Part shown: piece after piece, positions 32,853-42,912 of the stretch
Layout: every line of letters begins with the position of its first letter
Position numbering within the stretch: the first letter of the stretch is position 1
Source of the DNA: Burkholderiaceae bacterium
Lineage (GTDB): Bacteria; Pseudomonadota; Gammaproteobacteria; Burkholderiales; Burkholderiaceae_C
Assembly: GCA_040400875.1 (NCBI GenBank)
Contig: JBBAPK010000004.1
Coordinates: 20,840-84,839, forward strand
Direction of reading: 5' to 3'
DNA length: 64,000 nucleotides
Notes under the pieces: generated by a model
What the model saw: the letters and a program-made list of their open reading frames with translations, nothing else
Database searches by the model: none
Told to the model about the DNA's origin: nothing
Translations under genes and position numbers: made by a program

Positions 32853-34193
32853 ATGAGCAGAGCGCTTTTTGGTACCGACGGCATCCGGGGTACGGTGGGC
32901 CAAAGCCCGATCACGCCGGACCTCATGCTGCGTCTCGGTCATTCGGTCGGTCGCGTGCTGAAGGCCAGCGCGTCGAAGCCAACCGTGCTGATTGGCAAGG
33001 ACACGCGAATTTCCGGCTACATGATCGAGTCCGCATTGGAGGCCGGATTTGCGTCTGCGGGCGTCGATGTTCTCTTGACAGGCCCGCTGCCGACGCCGGG
33101 TGTGGCCTATCTGACGCGCGCGCTGCGTCTGAGCCTGGGGGTGGTCATCAGTGCGTCGCACAACCCCTTTTGCGACAACGGCATCAAATTCTTCTCGGCA
33201 TCTGGTGAAAAACTCAGCGATGGCTGGGAGTCGAGCGTCGAGGCGATGCTCGCTCAGGAGCCTCACTGGGTCGATTCGGCAGCCCTCGGCAAGGCTCGAA
33301 GGTTGGACGACGCACGCGGACGCTACATCGAATTTTGCAAGGGCACCTTCGGTGGTGACATCTCACTTCGGGGGATGAAGATCGTCGTCGACGCAGCGCA
33401 TGGGGCGGCTTACCAGGTGGCACCCGAGGTCTTTCATGAACTCGGCGCTGAGGTGCTTGCGATTGGCTGCAGTCCCGACGGGTACAACATCAATGCTGGA
33501 TTCGGAGCCACTGACCCGTCTGCGCTGGTCAAGGCCGTGATGGACAGCGGCGCCGACTATGGTATCGCGCTGGATGGCGACGCCGATCGTTTGCAACTGG
33601 TCGATGCGGCCGGCCGTTTGTTCAATGGCGACGAGTTGTTGTACGTGCTTGTCGCCGATCGCCTTGCTCAGGGGCAGGTCGTCGCTGGCGCAGTCGGCAC
33701 CTTGATGACCAACCTTGCTGTCGAGCTGGCGCTCAAAGGAAAGGGCGTGGACTTCGCTCGGGCACGGGTTGGCGATCGCTACGTCCTTGAAGAGTTGAGT
33801 GCCCGTGGATGGGTCTTGGGGGGCGAGGGCTCAGGGCACCTGCTGGTGCTGGACCGGCACTCGACAGGCGACGGGATCATCAGTGCGCTGCAGGTTTTAC
33901 AGGCTGTCATCCGGAGCGGAAAGTCGCTCGCAGATCAACTCGAAGGCGTCCGGTTGTTTCCTCAGTCACTGATCAACGTTCAGTTGCGCCACGGATTCGA
34001 GTGGCGCACTCATGAAGCGTTTCAGGAGACCCTGAGAAGTGTTGAGAGTGAACTGGGAAACTCTGGGCGAGTGCTCGTTCGACCGTCAGGTACGGAGCCT
34101 GTCCTGCGCGTGATGGTCGAGACCCACGACCCTTCAACCGCCAAACGACTAACGCAAAGCCTTGCCGACGCCGCTGGCAAGGCTGCCCGATAA
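32853..34193 (+). CDS. glmM: phosphoglucosamine mutase
   Basis: FGTDGIRG, the active-site [16 protein letters not shown] and GGEGSGH motifs are present. 446 aa. Confidence 0.96.
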   Translation: MSRALFGTDGIRGTVGQSPITPDLMLRLGHSVGRVLKASASKPTVLIGKDTRISGYMIESALEAGFASAGVDVLLTGPLPTPGVAYLTRALRLSLGVVISASHNPFCDNGIKFFSASGEKLSDGWESSVEAMLAQEPHWVDSAALGKARRLDDARGRYIEFCKGTFGGDISLRGMKIVVDAAHGAAYQVAPEVFHELGAEVLAIGCSPDGYNINAGFGATDPSALVKAVMDSGADYGIALDGDADRLQLVDAAGRLFNGDELLYVLVADRLAQGQVVAGAVGTLMTNLAVELALKGKGVDFARARVGDRYVLEELSARGWVLGGEGSGHLLVLDRHSTGDGIISALQVLQAVIRSGKSLADQLEGVRLFPQSLINVQLRHGFEWRTHEAFQETLRSVESELGNSGRVLVRPSGTEPVLRVMVETHDPSTAKRLTQSLADAAGKAAR

Positions 34194-34234
34194 GTCAAGC
34201 CAGGCCGTGGCGAACATCTGACCCGTGGGGCGGC

Positions 34235-34720
34235 TTACTTCTTGGTCGGTGGAACGAGCACACGGTCGATGATCTGCACCACACCGTTGCTCGCCTCTAC
34301 ATCGGCAACAGTCACCATCGACTCGCCCACGGTGACGTAAGGTCCTGCCCTGTAGATCTCCACGGAAGCGCCTTGGACGGTTTTGTTCGGACCTTCCTTG
34401 AACTGCGTGGTTTCGATCTTTCCCTGCAGCACGTGGTAACTCATCAGTGAAATGAGCGCGGCACGGTCCTTGGCCAAGCCATCCAAGGTCTTGGCTGGCA
34501 CAGCCTTGAATGCGTCGTTCGTCGGAGCGAAGAGGGTGTACGGCCCTGTCTCCTTCAGAGTCTCGGTGAGACCCGCGTCATTGATGAGCTTCTTCAGCGT
34601 CGACAATTGGGGGTAATCGGCGACCGTTTCCGAGATGGTTTTTGGCGCAGGCGGCGTGGCGCAGCCGGCAATGCTCAATGCTGCGATGCCCGCGATAACT
34701 CGCAATTTCCGAATCAACAT
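34235..34720 (-). CDS. fasciclin (FAS1) domain lipoprotein
   Basis: The ATG at 34720 gives MLIRKLRVIAGIAALSIAGCATP (lipobox). FAS1 motifs TLFAPTNDAF and the C-terminal NGVVQIIDRVLVP are present. Confidence 0.85.
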   Translation of the reverse strand: MLIRKLRVIAGIAALSIAGCATPPAPKTISETVADYPQLSTLKKLINDAGLTETLKETGPYTLFAPTNDAFKAVPAKTLDGLAKDRAALISLMSYHVLQGKIETTQFKEGPNKTVQGASVEIYRAGPYVTVGESMVTVADVEASNGVVQIIDRVLVPPTKK

Positions 34721-34851
34721 TTGGGTTTCCGAGAGACAGTCTGAAGGGGCTTGCACCCACACCATGACGAAAACTCAGGTTAGCGGCGCTCCATGACAAG
34801 CGGGTGAACGCCTAATGACAACGTTAATGATGAAAAGCCTTGCGAGCCAGA

Positions 34852-34907
34852 CTGTCGCCGTTGCTTCATGGGCTTGTCATGGAATTGACATGAGTGGGGG
34901 CTACATT
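34852..34907 (+). promoter_or_regulatory. tandem Pho boxes plus -10 (candidate PhoB-dependent pst promoter)
   Basis: Four heptamers at 11-bp phasing: CTGTCGC, GCTTCAT, TTGTCAT, TTGACAT (34852-34895), compared with the consensus CTGTCAT-N4-CTGTCAT. TACATT lies at 34902-34907, 10 nt after the last heptamer. Confidence 0.5.
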
Positions 34908-35100
34908 GAAACGGGACGCAAGGCTGGCGGGGCATGCGCCAACGCTGTCACCTGACGAGACCAGGCCGTTGTACTCAAGGGTGTTGAGGCTTCGAGCGTG
35001 ACCTAAGCCATGAGAGTCGTCACCGAATCCGGTGGATAAGCGGCGATCCTTTTATTTCATTTTTGGGGCCGTCGGGTGGCCATGATGCTTAGGGGGAACT

Positions 35101-36120
35101 GTGTCGTCCGTAATTTCTGATCATCGTGCTGAGGAGTTTTCTTTGGAGCGTCGGGAACCGATGCGGCGACCGCCCTCAATGAAGGAGTCTCCGGTGTGGA
35201 TTGACAAGGTTTTCTCGGGTCTTGCGCACAGCGCGGCGATCCTGACATTGTTGCTTTTGTTTGCAATCATCGGGTCTTTGGTGATCGGTGCATGGCCTGC
35301 GATTGCGGAGTATGGGCTCTCGTTTCTTTGGAATACCGAATGGGATCCCGTTCAAAACAAGTTTGGTGGCTTGGTGATGATTTACGGCACGGTGATGACC
35401 TCAATCATCGCGCTGCTGATTGCTGTACCGGTAAGTTTTGGAATCGCTCTTTTTCTCACTGAATTGGCGCCGGGTTGGCTAAGGCGACCTTTGGGCATAG
35501 CGATCGAACTGCTTGCGGCAGTCCCATCGATTGTTTATGGTATGTGGGGGCTGCTTGTTTTCAGTCCAGTACTGGTTAAGTACGTACAACTTCCGCTTCA
35601 GGGTCTTTTGGCAGATGTGCCTTATCTGAGGACTCTTGTTTCAGGTTCGCCCGTGGGTATTGGAATACTGTCTGCAGGCATTATTCTGGCCATCATGATC
35701 ACGCCCTTCATCGCCTCGGTGATGAGGGATGTATTCGAGGTGACGCCTCCCATGCTGAAGGAGTCGGCATACGCATTGGGATCGACCACTTGGGAGGTGG
35801 TGTCCAAGGTCGTGCTTCCGTTTACCAAGACCGGCGTCGTTGGCGGGATCATGTTGGGGCTGGGTCGGGCCATTGGAGAGACGATGGCGGTGACTTTCGT
35901 TATTGGCAACTTCAACCAACTGAACAGTCTGTCCTTGTTTGAGGCTGCCAACAGCATCACCTCTGCACTGGCCAACGAATTTGCCGAGGCTGATCCTGGG
36001 TTGCATCAAGCATCGCTCATGTACTTGGGCCTCGTACTGTTTTTGATCACCTTCACCGTGCTTGCGATGTCCAAGTTCATGCTGAATCGACTCCGGAAGA
36101 ATGAAGGGAGCAAATCATGA
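35101..36120 (+). CDS. pstC: phosphate ABC transporter permease PstC
   Basis: GTG at 35101 preceded by AGGGGGA. The protein is polytopic with the EAA-type loop ([20 protein letters not shown]) and ends with an ATGA overlap into pstA. An alternative start is the ATG at 35161. Confidence 0.9.
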   Translation: MSSVISDHRAEEFSLERREPMRRPPSMKESPVWIDKVFSGLAHSAAILTLLLLFAIIGSLVIGAWPAIAEYGLSFLWNTEWDPVQNKFGGLVMIYGTVMTSIIALLIAVPVSFGIALFLTELAPGWLRRPLGIAIELLAAVPSIVYGMWGLLVFSPVLVKYVQLPLQGLLADVPYLRTLVSGSPVGIGILSAGIILAIMITPFIASVMRDVFEVTPPMLKESAYALGSTTWEVVSKVVLPFTKTGVVGGIMLGLGRAIGETMAVTFVIGNFNQLNSLSLFEAANSITSALANEFAEADPGLHQASLMYLGLVLFLITFTVLAMSKFMLNRLRKNEGSKS

Positions 36121-36992
36121 GCCTGAGCGCCGCTGCTGAATTGCAGATGTCCCGAGTCGCCATGCACAAGCGCAGGAAGTTGACGAACGCCGTCGCCTTG
36201 ATGGCATGTGTTTGTGCGATGGCATTTGGCTTGTTTTGGTTGGCATGGATCCTGTTCGAAACCATTCATCTGGGTTTGGGTGGCTTGAACCTCGCTGTTT
36301 TTACAGAGATGACGCCGCCGCCGATGGCTGAAACCGGCGGGTTGGTCAATGCGATCGCAGGTTCATTGGTCATGGTGACGTTGGCCACGCTCCTGGGTAC
36401 CCCGATTGGGGTGCTTGCCGGGATCTATCTGGCCGAATATGGTCAAAAGACTTGGCTCGGTGAACTCACCAGATTCATCAATGACATCTTGTTGTCTGCG
36501 CCGTCGATCGTCGTGGGGCTGTTCATTTACGCTGCGGTCGTGGCACCCACGAAACATTTCTCGGCCTACGCGGGAATTCTGGCGTTGTCTTTGATTGTGA
36601 TTCCTGTCGTAATCCGAACGACAGAAAACATGTTGGCCTTGATCCCGGGAGCGCTGCGAGAAGCCGCCTATGCTCTGGGCACGCCAAAATGGAAGGTGAT
36701 ATTGAGTATCACTTTGAAATCTGCGCGTGCCGGGGTCATCACCGGAATTCTCTTGGCCGTTGCAAGAATTTCAGGTGAAACGGCCCCCTTGCTATTCACA
36801 GCGTTGTCAAATCAGTTCTGGTCGTCGAGTATTTCGGAGCCCACGGCAAGTCTGCCGGTGACTATTTTCAAGTTTGCATTGAGCCCATACGAGAACTGGC
36901 AAAAGCTGGCGTGGGCTGGAGTTTTTATAATTACCTTTGGCGTGCTGATGCTGAACATTGCAGCGCGCTTCTTGTTCGGAAATAGAAAATAA
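36117..36992 (+). CDS. pstA: phosphate ABC transporter permease PstA
   Basis: 291 aa with 6 TM helices. The motif [20 protein letters not shown] and the C-terminal region are typical of PstA. Confidence 0.93.
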   Translation: MSLSAAAELQMSRVAMHKRRKLTNAVALMACVCAMAFGLFWLAWILFETIHLGLGGLNLAVFTEMTPPPMAETGGLVNAIAGSLVMVTLATLLGTPIGVLAGIYLAEYGQKTWLGELTRFINDILLSAPSIVVGLFIYAAVVAPTKHFSAYAGILALSLIVIPVVIRTTENMLALIPGALREAAYALGTPKWKVILSITLKSARAGVITGILLAVARISGETAPLLFTALSNQFWSSSISEPTASLPVTIFKFALSPYENWQKLAWAGVFIITFGVLMLNIAARFLFGNRK

Positions 36993-37010
36993 ATATTAAA
37001 GTAACCGATT

Positions 37011-37796
37011 ATGGAAAATAGTTCCAATATCCCAGAAGATGAAAAGATAAAAATTTCGGTTAAAAGCCTGAATTTTTATTATGGAAAATTTCATGCTCTC
37101 AAGGATATCTCGTTAGAGATTCCCGAAAAAAAGGTCACTGCATTCATCGGTCCTTCTGGGTGTGGCAAGTCAACCTTGCTTCGGACATTCAACCGCATAT
37201 TCGAGCTTTATCCGGAGCAGCGTGCCGAGGGCGAAATACTTATTGATGGCGAGGATGTTATTCGTTCGAAGATGGATATCTCGTTGATTCGCGCGAAGGT
37301 TGGAATGGTTTTTCAGAAGCCGACTCCATTCCCAATGTCGATTTATGAAAATATTGCTTTCGGCGTCCGACTTTTTGAAAAATTGACGCGTGTGGAGATG
37401 GACGAGCGCGTTGAATGGGCGCTCAAAAAAGGTGCTCTGTGGTCTGAAGTCAAAGATAAACTCAACCAAAGTGGCTCTGGCCTGTCGGGAGGGCAGCAGC
37501 AAAGGCTTTGCATCGCACGAGCAGTCGCGATCAAACCCGAGATCCTTTTGCTCGACGAACCTTGCTCTGCGCTTGATCCGATTTCCACTGGGAAAATTGA
37601 AGAATTGATCCATGAGTTGAAGTCAGACTACACGGTTCTTATCGTGACTCACAATATGCAGCAGGCGGCACGTTGTTCTGATTACACCGCATATATGTAT
37701 TTAGGTGATTTGATGGAGGTGGGCGCCACTTCCGATATCTTCATGAAGCCGAATCGAAAAGAAACCGAGGATTATATTACCGGTCGATTCGGTTAA
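37011..37796 (+). CDS. pstB: phosphate ABC transporter ATP-binding protein PstB
   Basis: [16 protein letters not shown], Walker [10 protein letters not shown], signature [14 protein letters not shown], Walker B LLLDEP, and the C-terminal [10 protein letters not shown]. It is very close to E. coli PstB throughout. Confidence 0.97.
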   Translation: MENSSNIPEDEKIKISVKSLNFYYGKFHALKDISLEIPEKKVTAFIGPSGCGKSTLLRTFNRIFELYPEQRAEGEILIDGEDVIRSKMDISLIRAKVGMVFQKPTPFPMSIYENIAFGVRLFEKLTRVEMDERVEWALKKGALWSEVKDKLNQSGSGLSGGQQQRLCIARAVAIKPEILLLDEPCSALDPISTGKIEELIHELKSDYTVLIVTHNMQQAARCSDYTAYMYLGDLMEVGATSDIFMKPNRKETEDYITGRFG

Positions 37797-37827
37797 TCCA
37801 CAGTCATTTATATTTGATGGGCGAGCC

Positions 37828-38535
37828 GTGACGGAAAAGCATTTATCAGCTCAGTTTGACGCCGAGCTCAGCGGCATATCGACACGCGTTCTGGAGATGG
37901 GTGGGTTGGTGGAGTCACAGGTTTCTCAGGCCATCTACGCGCTCACCAATTTCAGTGAGGCCACTGCAGCCCAGGTGCTGACTCGCGAAGAGACAGTCAA
38001 CGCCGCCGAAGTCGAGATTGATCGTGATCTGTCAAGGATCCTTGCAAGGCGTCAGCCCACGGCTCGCGATTTGCGTCTGTTGATCGCCATTAGCAAAAGC
38101 ATTGCCAATCTGGAGCGTGTCGGGGACGAAGCCGCACGCATCGCCCGAACGGTGCAGCGCTTGATCAGCGCGGGCATGTCGAGCCGCCTTCGCTTGCCTG
38201 TCGAAGACTTGAAGTTCGAGTCTGATCTGGCCATCGCGCTCTTGAGAAAAGCGCTTGATGCTTTCGCTCGACTTGACGTGGACAAGGCGCTTGAAGTCTT
38301 GAAGCAAGACGATCAAATCGATCAGGAATTTGAGGGGCTGATGCGCAAGCTCATCACCTTCATGATGGAAGATCCCCGCACGATTTCGTCGAGCATCGAT
38401 CTCGTGTTTGTCGCGAAGGCAATTGAACGGGTCGGAGATCACGCCAAGAACCTGGCCGAGCAGATCATCTACATCGTCAAGGGCACGGATGTACGGCACA
38501 GCTCGGTGGAAGCTGTGGAAACACTGATGCGATGA
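37828..38535 (+). CDS. phoU: phosphate signalling complex protein PhoU
   Basis: 235 aa with a duplicated PhoU repeat carrying ERVGDEA / ERVGDHAKN metal-site motifs. Confidence 0.95.
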   Translation: MTEKHLSAQFDAELSGISTRVLEMGGLVESQVSQAIYALTNFSEATAAQVLTREETVNAAEVEIDRDLSRILARRQPTARDLRLLIAISKSIANLERVGDEAARIARTVQRLISAGMSSRLRLPVEDLKFESDLAIALLRKALDAFARLDVDKALEVLKQDDQIDQEFEGLMRKLITFMMEDPRTISSSIDLVFVAKAIERVGDHAKNLAEQIIYIVKGTDVRHSSVEAVETLMR

Positions 38536-38557
38536 GAAACACCATGAGGAGACAAGG

Positions 38558-39259
38558 ATGAGCCGCGTTTTGGTGGTTGAAGACGAGTCGGCGATCGCCG
38601 AGTTGATATCCATCAACTTGCGACATGCCGGTTATGACGTGACGATTGCTGGCACTGCCGATCAGGCACAGGTTGAGGTGGATGGCGTTTTGCCCGACCT
38701 GGTAGTTCTGGATTGGATGCTGCCCGGGCAGTCTGGGTTGGTGCTGGCCAAACGCTGGCGTGGCCAGTCGCGTACCCGTGAACTGCCCATCATCATGCTG
38801 ACGGCCCGAGCAGAAGAAGGCGACATGATTTCTGGCCTCGACGCTGGCGCTGACGACTATCTCACGAAGCCTTTTTCGACCAATGAGCTGCTGGCTCGCA
38901 TTCGGGCCGTTCTCAGGCGCAAGGCGCCTGAGGCCCTCGACACCATGGTGGACGTGGGTGGTTTGCAACTGGATCCGGCAACCCGTCGTGTGTCCAAGAA
39001 TGACCTTGAAGTGCGCATCGGGCCGACCGAATTCAGGTTGCTGCACTTTTTCATGACGCATCCCGAGCGCGTTCACAGTCGTGCGCAACTGTTGGACAGG
39101 GTGTGGGGCGACCATGTGTTCATCGAGGAGCGCACAGTGGACGTTCACGTCAAGCGCCTGCGAGAGGCGCTTGATCCGGTGGGCTGCTCACGGATGATCG
39201 AAACCGTTCGTGGTGCCGGCTATCGCCTCACTCAACAGGTGCAGGTGGCTGCGAGCTGA
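38558..39259 (+). CDS. phoB: phosphate regulon response regulator PhoB
   Basis: Receiver domain (VLVVEDE...LVVLDWMLPG...LTA...DDYLTKPF) and an OmpR/PhoB winged helix (TVDVHVKRLREAL...IETVRGAGYRL). Confidence 0.95.
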   Translation: MSRVLVVEDESAIAELISINLRHAGYDVTIAGTADQAQVEVDGVLPDLVVLDWMLPGQSGLVLAKRWRGQSRTRELPIIMLTARAEEGDMISGLDAGADDYLTKPFSTNELLARIRAVLRRKAPEALDTMVDVGGLQLDPATRRVSKNDLEVRIGPTEFRLLHFFMTHPERVHSRAQLLDRVWGDHVFIEERTVDVHVKRLREALDPVGCSRMIETVRGAGYRLTQQVQVAAS

Positions 39260-39282
39260 TCTCGGAGCGATCAAGCTCATTG

Positions 39283-40683
39283 ATGGACTGGTTGTTCCCA
39301 CGCCTGCTGGCAGCGCTGCTGTCTGTGCTACTGGCTGCCTCGTTTGGTGGCTTGATCGGTCAGTGGTGGCATGCGCCTGCGATAGGCGTGGTGGTTGGAT
39401 CTCTCGCCGGCGCGTTGGCCTACACCTCGGTGGATGTTTTGCGTGCGCAGCGCTTCATCAGATGGCTGCAGCAACAGAACCCGGAGCCCGCTCCACGAGA
39501 AGTGGGTTTTTGGGGCGAGGTGGGCCAACGGGTAGAGCGCTCTTTGAGGACACTCGAAAATCGGGTGGATTTCGAACAGACCCGGCTGGACCAATTTCTC
39601 TCAGCGATCGAGGCCTCACCTAACGGCGTGATGCTGCTGGATTCGAATGACCAGATCGAGTGGTGCAATTCCGTCGCAGCGGATCAGTTCGGGCTAGATC
39701 CCCATCGTGACCGGATGCAGCCGGTCACCAATCTTGTTCGGGAGCCGGCATTTGTGGCCTACATGCAGGCCGGGGTTTTCGATGAGCCGGTGGTCTTCCC
39801 AGGCCCCGGATTGCGCGGGACGGTTTCGGTGTCAGTTCGCCCCTATGGCGACGGCATGAGACTGGTCTTGTCGCAAGACATCACCGAGCGTGAACGAAAC
39901 GACAGCATGCGTCGAAGTTTCGTGGCCAACGTCTCACATGAAATTCGCACCCCGCTGACGGTGCTGTCCGGGTTCATTGAAACCATGTCAAGCCTGCAGT
40001 TGACCGAGGTCGAAAGGCGCCGAGTCAACGAATTGATGGCCCAACAAACCCGTCGAATGCAGCTGCTGGTCGGCGACCTTCTGACCCTCGCTCAACTCGA
40101 AGGCAGCCCGAGGCCACCCGCCGATCGATGGGTGGCAGTGCAGCAGGTGTTGGTTCAGGTTCGCGTGGCAGCCGAAGCCCTGTCGGCGGGGCGGCACACC
40201 TTGGTTTGCGAGAGCACGGGCACGGGCGATGGCGCTAGCGATCTGATCGCGGGTTCTGAGTCCGAACTGCACAGCGCCATTGCGAATCTTGTGACGAATG
40301 CCATCCGATACACCCCGGCTGGCGGCTCGGTGAGGGTGGTGTGGTCCATACGCCCCGACGGAACCGGAGAGCTGGACGTTCGCGACACGGGTATCGGTAT
40401 CGCTGCCGAGCATGTGCAGCGTCTGACGGAGCGTTTTTACCGTGTCGATGGCAGTCGTTCGCGTGACACTGGAGGCACCGGGCTTGGCTTGTCCATCGTC
40501 AAGCACGTTGTGCAAAGGCACGGCGGTGAGCTTGAAATTCGCAGTGATCCGGGCAGCGGCTCGAGTTTCAGATTGCTTTTCCCGGCTGCGCGAGTTCGTG
40601 CCGCAACCCACGGGATTCAGGTGGGAGAAGTGGACCGTTCCGCTATCGATGTGTCGCAAGAGCCCAGCGTTCACACGCGTTGA
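39283..40683 (+). CDS. phoR: phosphate regulon sensor histidine kinase PhoR
   Basis: ATG at 39283. It has two N-terminal TM segments, a PAS domain, the H-box FVANVSHEIRTPLT, and N, G1 (RDTGIGI) and G2 (GGTGLGLSIV) boxes. Confidence 0.92.
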   Translation: MDWLFPRLLAALLSVLLAASFGGLIGQWWHAPAIGVVVGSLAGALAYTSVDVLRAQRFIRWLQQQNPEPAPREVGFWGEVGQRVERSLRTLENRVDFEQTRLDQFLSAIEASPNGVMLLDSNDQIEWCNSVAADQFGLDPHRDRMQPVTNLVREPAFVAYMQAGVFDEPVVFPGPGLRGTVSVSVRPYGDGMRLVLSQDITERERNDSMRRSFVANVSHEIRTPLTVLSGFIETMSSLQLTEVERRRVNELMAQQTRRMQLLVGDLLTLAQLEGSPRPPADRWVAVQQVLVQVRVAAEALSAGRHTLVCESTGTGDGASDLIAGSESELHSAIANLVTNAIRYTPAGGSVRVVWSIRPDGTGELDVRDTGIGIAAEHVQRLTERFYRVDGSRSRDTGGTGLGLSIVKHVVQRHGGELEIRSDPGSGSSFRLLFPAARVRAATHGIQVGEVDRSAIDVSQEPSVHTR

Positions 40684-40720
40684 GTGAACGTGCGATTGGG
40701 TGTGTGGGCCGGGCGTTGAC

Positions 40721-42403
40721 TCAACGCTTTGGCTTGGCTGCAGTCGATTCGCGGCGGTAGATCACCGTCCAGTCCGTGCGGTCGGTCGGCAATGACACGC
40801 GTGCGACTCGGACCCACCCTTCGGGCGCGACTCGTTTTTCGCGGCGCGGTTCGATCTGAATCATGTACTTGCAGATGCTGGCCGATGCGCCCATCGCGCC
40901 ATCTATTTGAAACGGGCCGAAGTACTCCAAAGAGGCTTGCAAGCTTCGGGGTATCTTTGGTGTTGCTATGCATTCACTCAGCGGCACATGCTTTGCAATC
41001 CGATTGACCAAGGGGCGGAAGCTTCTTGCATAGTCGACCAAGGGCAGCATCAGTGTCATCAGCAACAGCCAGCACAAAGCCACGCCGCTTGCCGGAAGGA
41101 CGAGGCTTTTCCAAAGTGCATGCTGGTTGCGCCCGGTACGCCAGCGCACCAGCCACAGCCAGGCGAGGCTGCCCGCAACCGCCAAAGCCAGCGAGCTTGC
41201 CGAGAAAACTGACGCAAAGCCGGGCGCAAGCTTGATCACATTTCGCGCGGTGGGCTCTGGAATGCCCGTTTGCAGCGCGGCGTAAATCACCCAGATCACG
41301 ACGGCGCACACGCTGAAGAAAAATACCGAAAACCAGTCGATCGCTGCAGCAGTGCTGCGCTTGAATGTCGGTAACGCAAAGGCGGCCAGTAGCGCCCAGG
41401 CCGGAAGAGACAGCATCAGCACCCGATCGACCCCACCGCACATCAGACTCGCCACGGACGTGACCGCAGCGCAACCCAGAGGCACTGCAATGTGGCGGTG
41501 CAGTATTTGGCGGCGCCACTGCCACAGGGTCCAAATCACCATAGGCCATGCCGGCCATAGAAACCAAGCCCATTGCCGAGCAACAGCCAGAATCTGTTCG
41601 GGCTTGCGCATGCCGCTCAATTGCCAAGTCCACAGTTCCAAGGCCGAACTGACGGTCATTGCCAACGCCATGGCCATCAATACCCAGGGGAAGAACTTGC
41701 GCACCTTGCTGTATGTGGATTTCGCGCAGATCACGGCACCCGTGAGACCGAGCGCAACGGCGATGCTTGGTGCGCCACTGGCGGCCAGCGCGGGCAAGGC
41801 GATCATCACCGCCACTTTGGCGCGCCATCCCTGCTGAATCGGGCTGGCCGCCAGTGCGTAGGTGAACAAGGAAATACAAGCGAGTTGAGCCAGTTCTGGA
41901 GTTGTCTCATGCCCCAGTTGGAGCAGCCCCAGGCTGGCAATCAATGCCAGCAAGGCACCGTCCGCGATGGCTCGAGCGTAGTCAGCAGGAACGGCCTCGC
42001 CACCGAAGGCAAACGGCACGGGCTGGGCCGCTTCACTGCGAGCAAGGTGATATGAGGCCAGCCAGGTCAGCGCCAGAACGGCTGCCAAAAGCGCAGCGAA
42101 CGGAAGCCTCGCTGCCAAGGCGGGATCAAGCCAGGGGTCCAGCAGCCGAATGAAACCGGCCCCAAGCCAGTGGGGCAACGGCGCTGTGGTGGCCGTCGCA
42201 CCCCCGATCGTGGGACTCCACCAAGAGGCCCGGCCCTCGACCATGCCAAACATGAGACCGAATGCCGTGACGTCGGCATTGCGCCAGGGGTCGCGGCCAA
42301 AAACTCCAGGCAGCACGTAGGCCGTGCAAAGCAGAACCAAGGCCCACCGAGGCAGTCGCTGCACGGCGCGCTGGGAAACAAGAGCAGGATTGGGCAGATT
42401 CAA
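40721..42403 (-). CDS. large polytopic inner-membrane protein, possibly GT-C/ArnT-PMT-like glycosyltransferase
   Basis: 560 aa with at least 12 hydrophobic segments. The N-terminal loop motif VFGRDPWRNADV resembles the acidic loop of GT-C (family 39-like) enzymes, and there is a soluble C-terminal ~90 aa. The function call is weak. Confidence 0.6.
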   Translation of the reverse strand: MNLPNPALVSQRAVQRLPRWALVLLCTAYVLPGVFGRDPWRNADVTAFGLMFGMVEGRASWWSPTIGGATATTAPLPHWLGAGFIRLLDPWLDPALAARLPFAALLAAVLALTWLASYHLARSEAAQPVPFAFGGEAVPADYARAIADGALLALIASLGLLQLGHETTPELAQLACISLFTYALAASPIQQGWRAKVAVMIALPALAASGAPSIAVALGLTGAVICAKSTYSKVRKFFPWVLMAMALAMTVSSALELWTWQLSGMRKPEQILAVARQWAWFLWPAWPMVIWTLWQWRRQILHRHIAVPLGCAAVTSVASLMCGGVDRVLMLSLPAWALLAAFALPTFKRSTAAAIDWFSVFFFSVCAVVIWVIYAALQTGIPEPTARNVIKLAPGFASVFSASSLALAVAGSLAWLWLVRWRTGRNQHALWKSLVLPASGVALCWLLLMTLMLPLVDYARSFRPLVNRIAKHVPLSECIATPKIPRSLQASLEYFGPFQIDGAMGASASICKYMIQIEPRREKRVAPEGWVRVARVSLPTDRTDWTVIYRRESTAAKPKR

Positions 42404-42490
42404 CGGAGGAGCGTCAGTATGTTGCGGGAATCATGCGGCAAGTTGCAGGGCTTGGCACGGCCTGAATGGCCACGTGCTCACCGATGCCAC

Positions 42491-42518
42491 CAAAAAACAA
42501 GGCAGCCGAAGCTGCCTT
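42491..42518 (-). terminator. rho-independent terminator after rpmE2
   Basis: On the minus strand: AAGGCAGC-TTCG-GCTGCCTT followed by GTTTTTTG, 30 nt after the rpmE2 stop. Confidence 0.7.
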
Positions 42519-42547
42519 TGAAGGTCGAACGACAAGCGATGCGGGCT

Positions 42548-42808
42548 TTATTTCTTGAGGCCGACACGCGCAAACTTGTTGCGGAACTTCTCGACGCGAC
42601 CGCCAAGCGAATCAATGCTTTTCTGGGTGCCCGTGTAAAACGGATGCGACTCACTGGTCGTCTCGAGCTTGAACAAAGGCATCTCGCGGCCGTCGTCAAG
42701 CTTGATCGACTCTTTCGTTTGTGCGCATGAGCGGGTCACAAACTTGAAGCCGTTAGACAAATCGACGAAGCAAACTTCGCGATAGTTGGGGTGAATGCCT
42801 TCTTTCAT
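42548..42808 (-). CDS. rpmE2: 50S ribosomal protein L31, type B (no CxxC zinc ribbon)
   Basis: ATG at 42808 with AGAGG upstream. The 86 aa begin [23 protein letters not shown]...HPFYTG. The second Cys pair of type A L31 is absent. Confidence 0.93.
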   Translation of the reverse strand: MKEGIHPNYREVCFVDLSNGFKFVTRSCAQTKESIKLDDGREMPLFKLETTSESHPFYTGTQKSIDSLGGRVEKFRNKFARVGLKK

Positions 42809-42912
42809 GGGAACCTCTGCGCAGTGTTGCGGGAGCCACATCGAACCGTTCGAAGCACTTTCCGCTTTGGGCCAAGCCAACGATTCTAGCCGGCTCTGGC
42901 TGGATCAGGGAA

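Noticed and set aside
42809-42912. Zur (zinc-uptake regulator) box upstream of the zinc-independent L31 type B gene.
   Set aside because: I saw no AT-rich palindrome resembling a Zur box, only a plausible TAGAAT -10. In this lineage the type B L31 next to rho appears to be the housekeeping copy.
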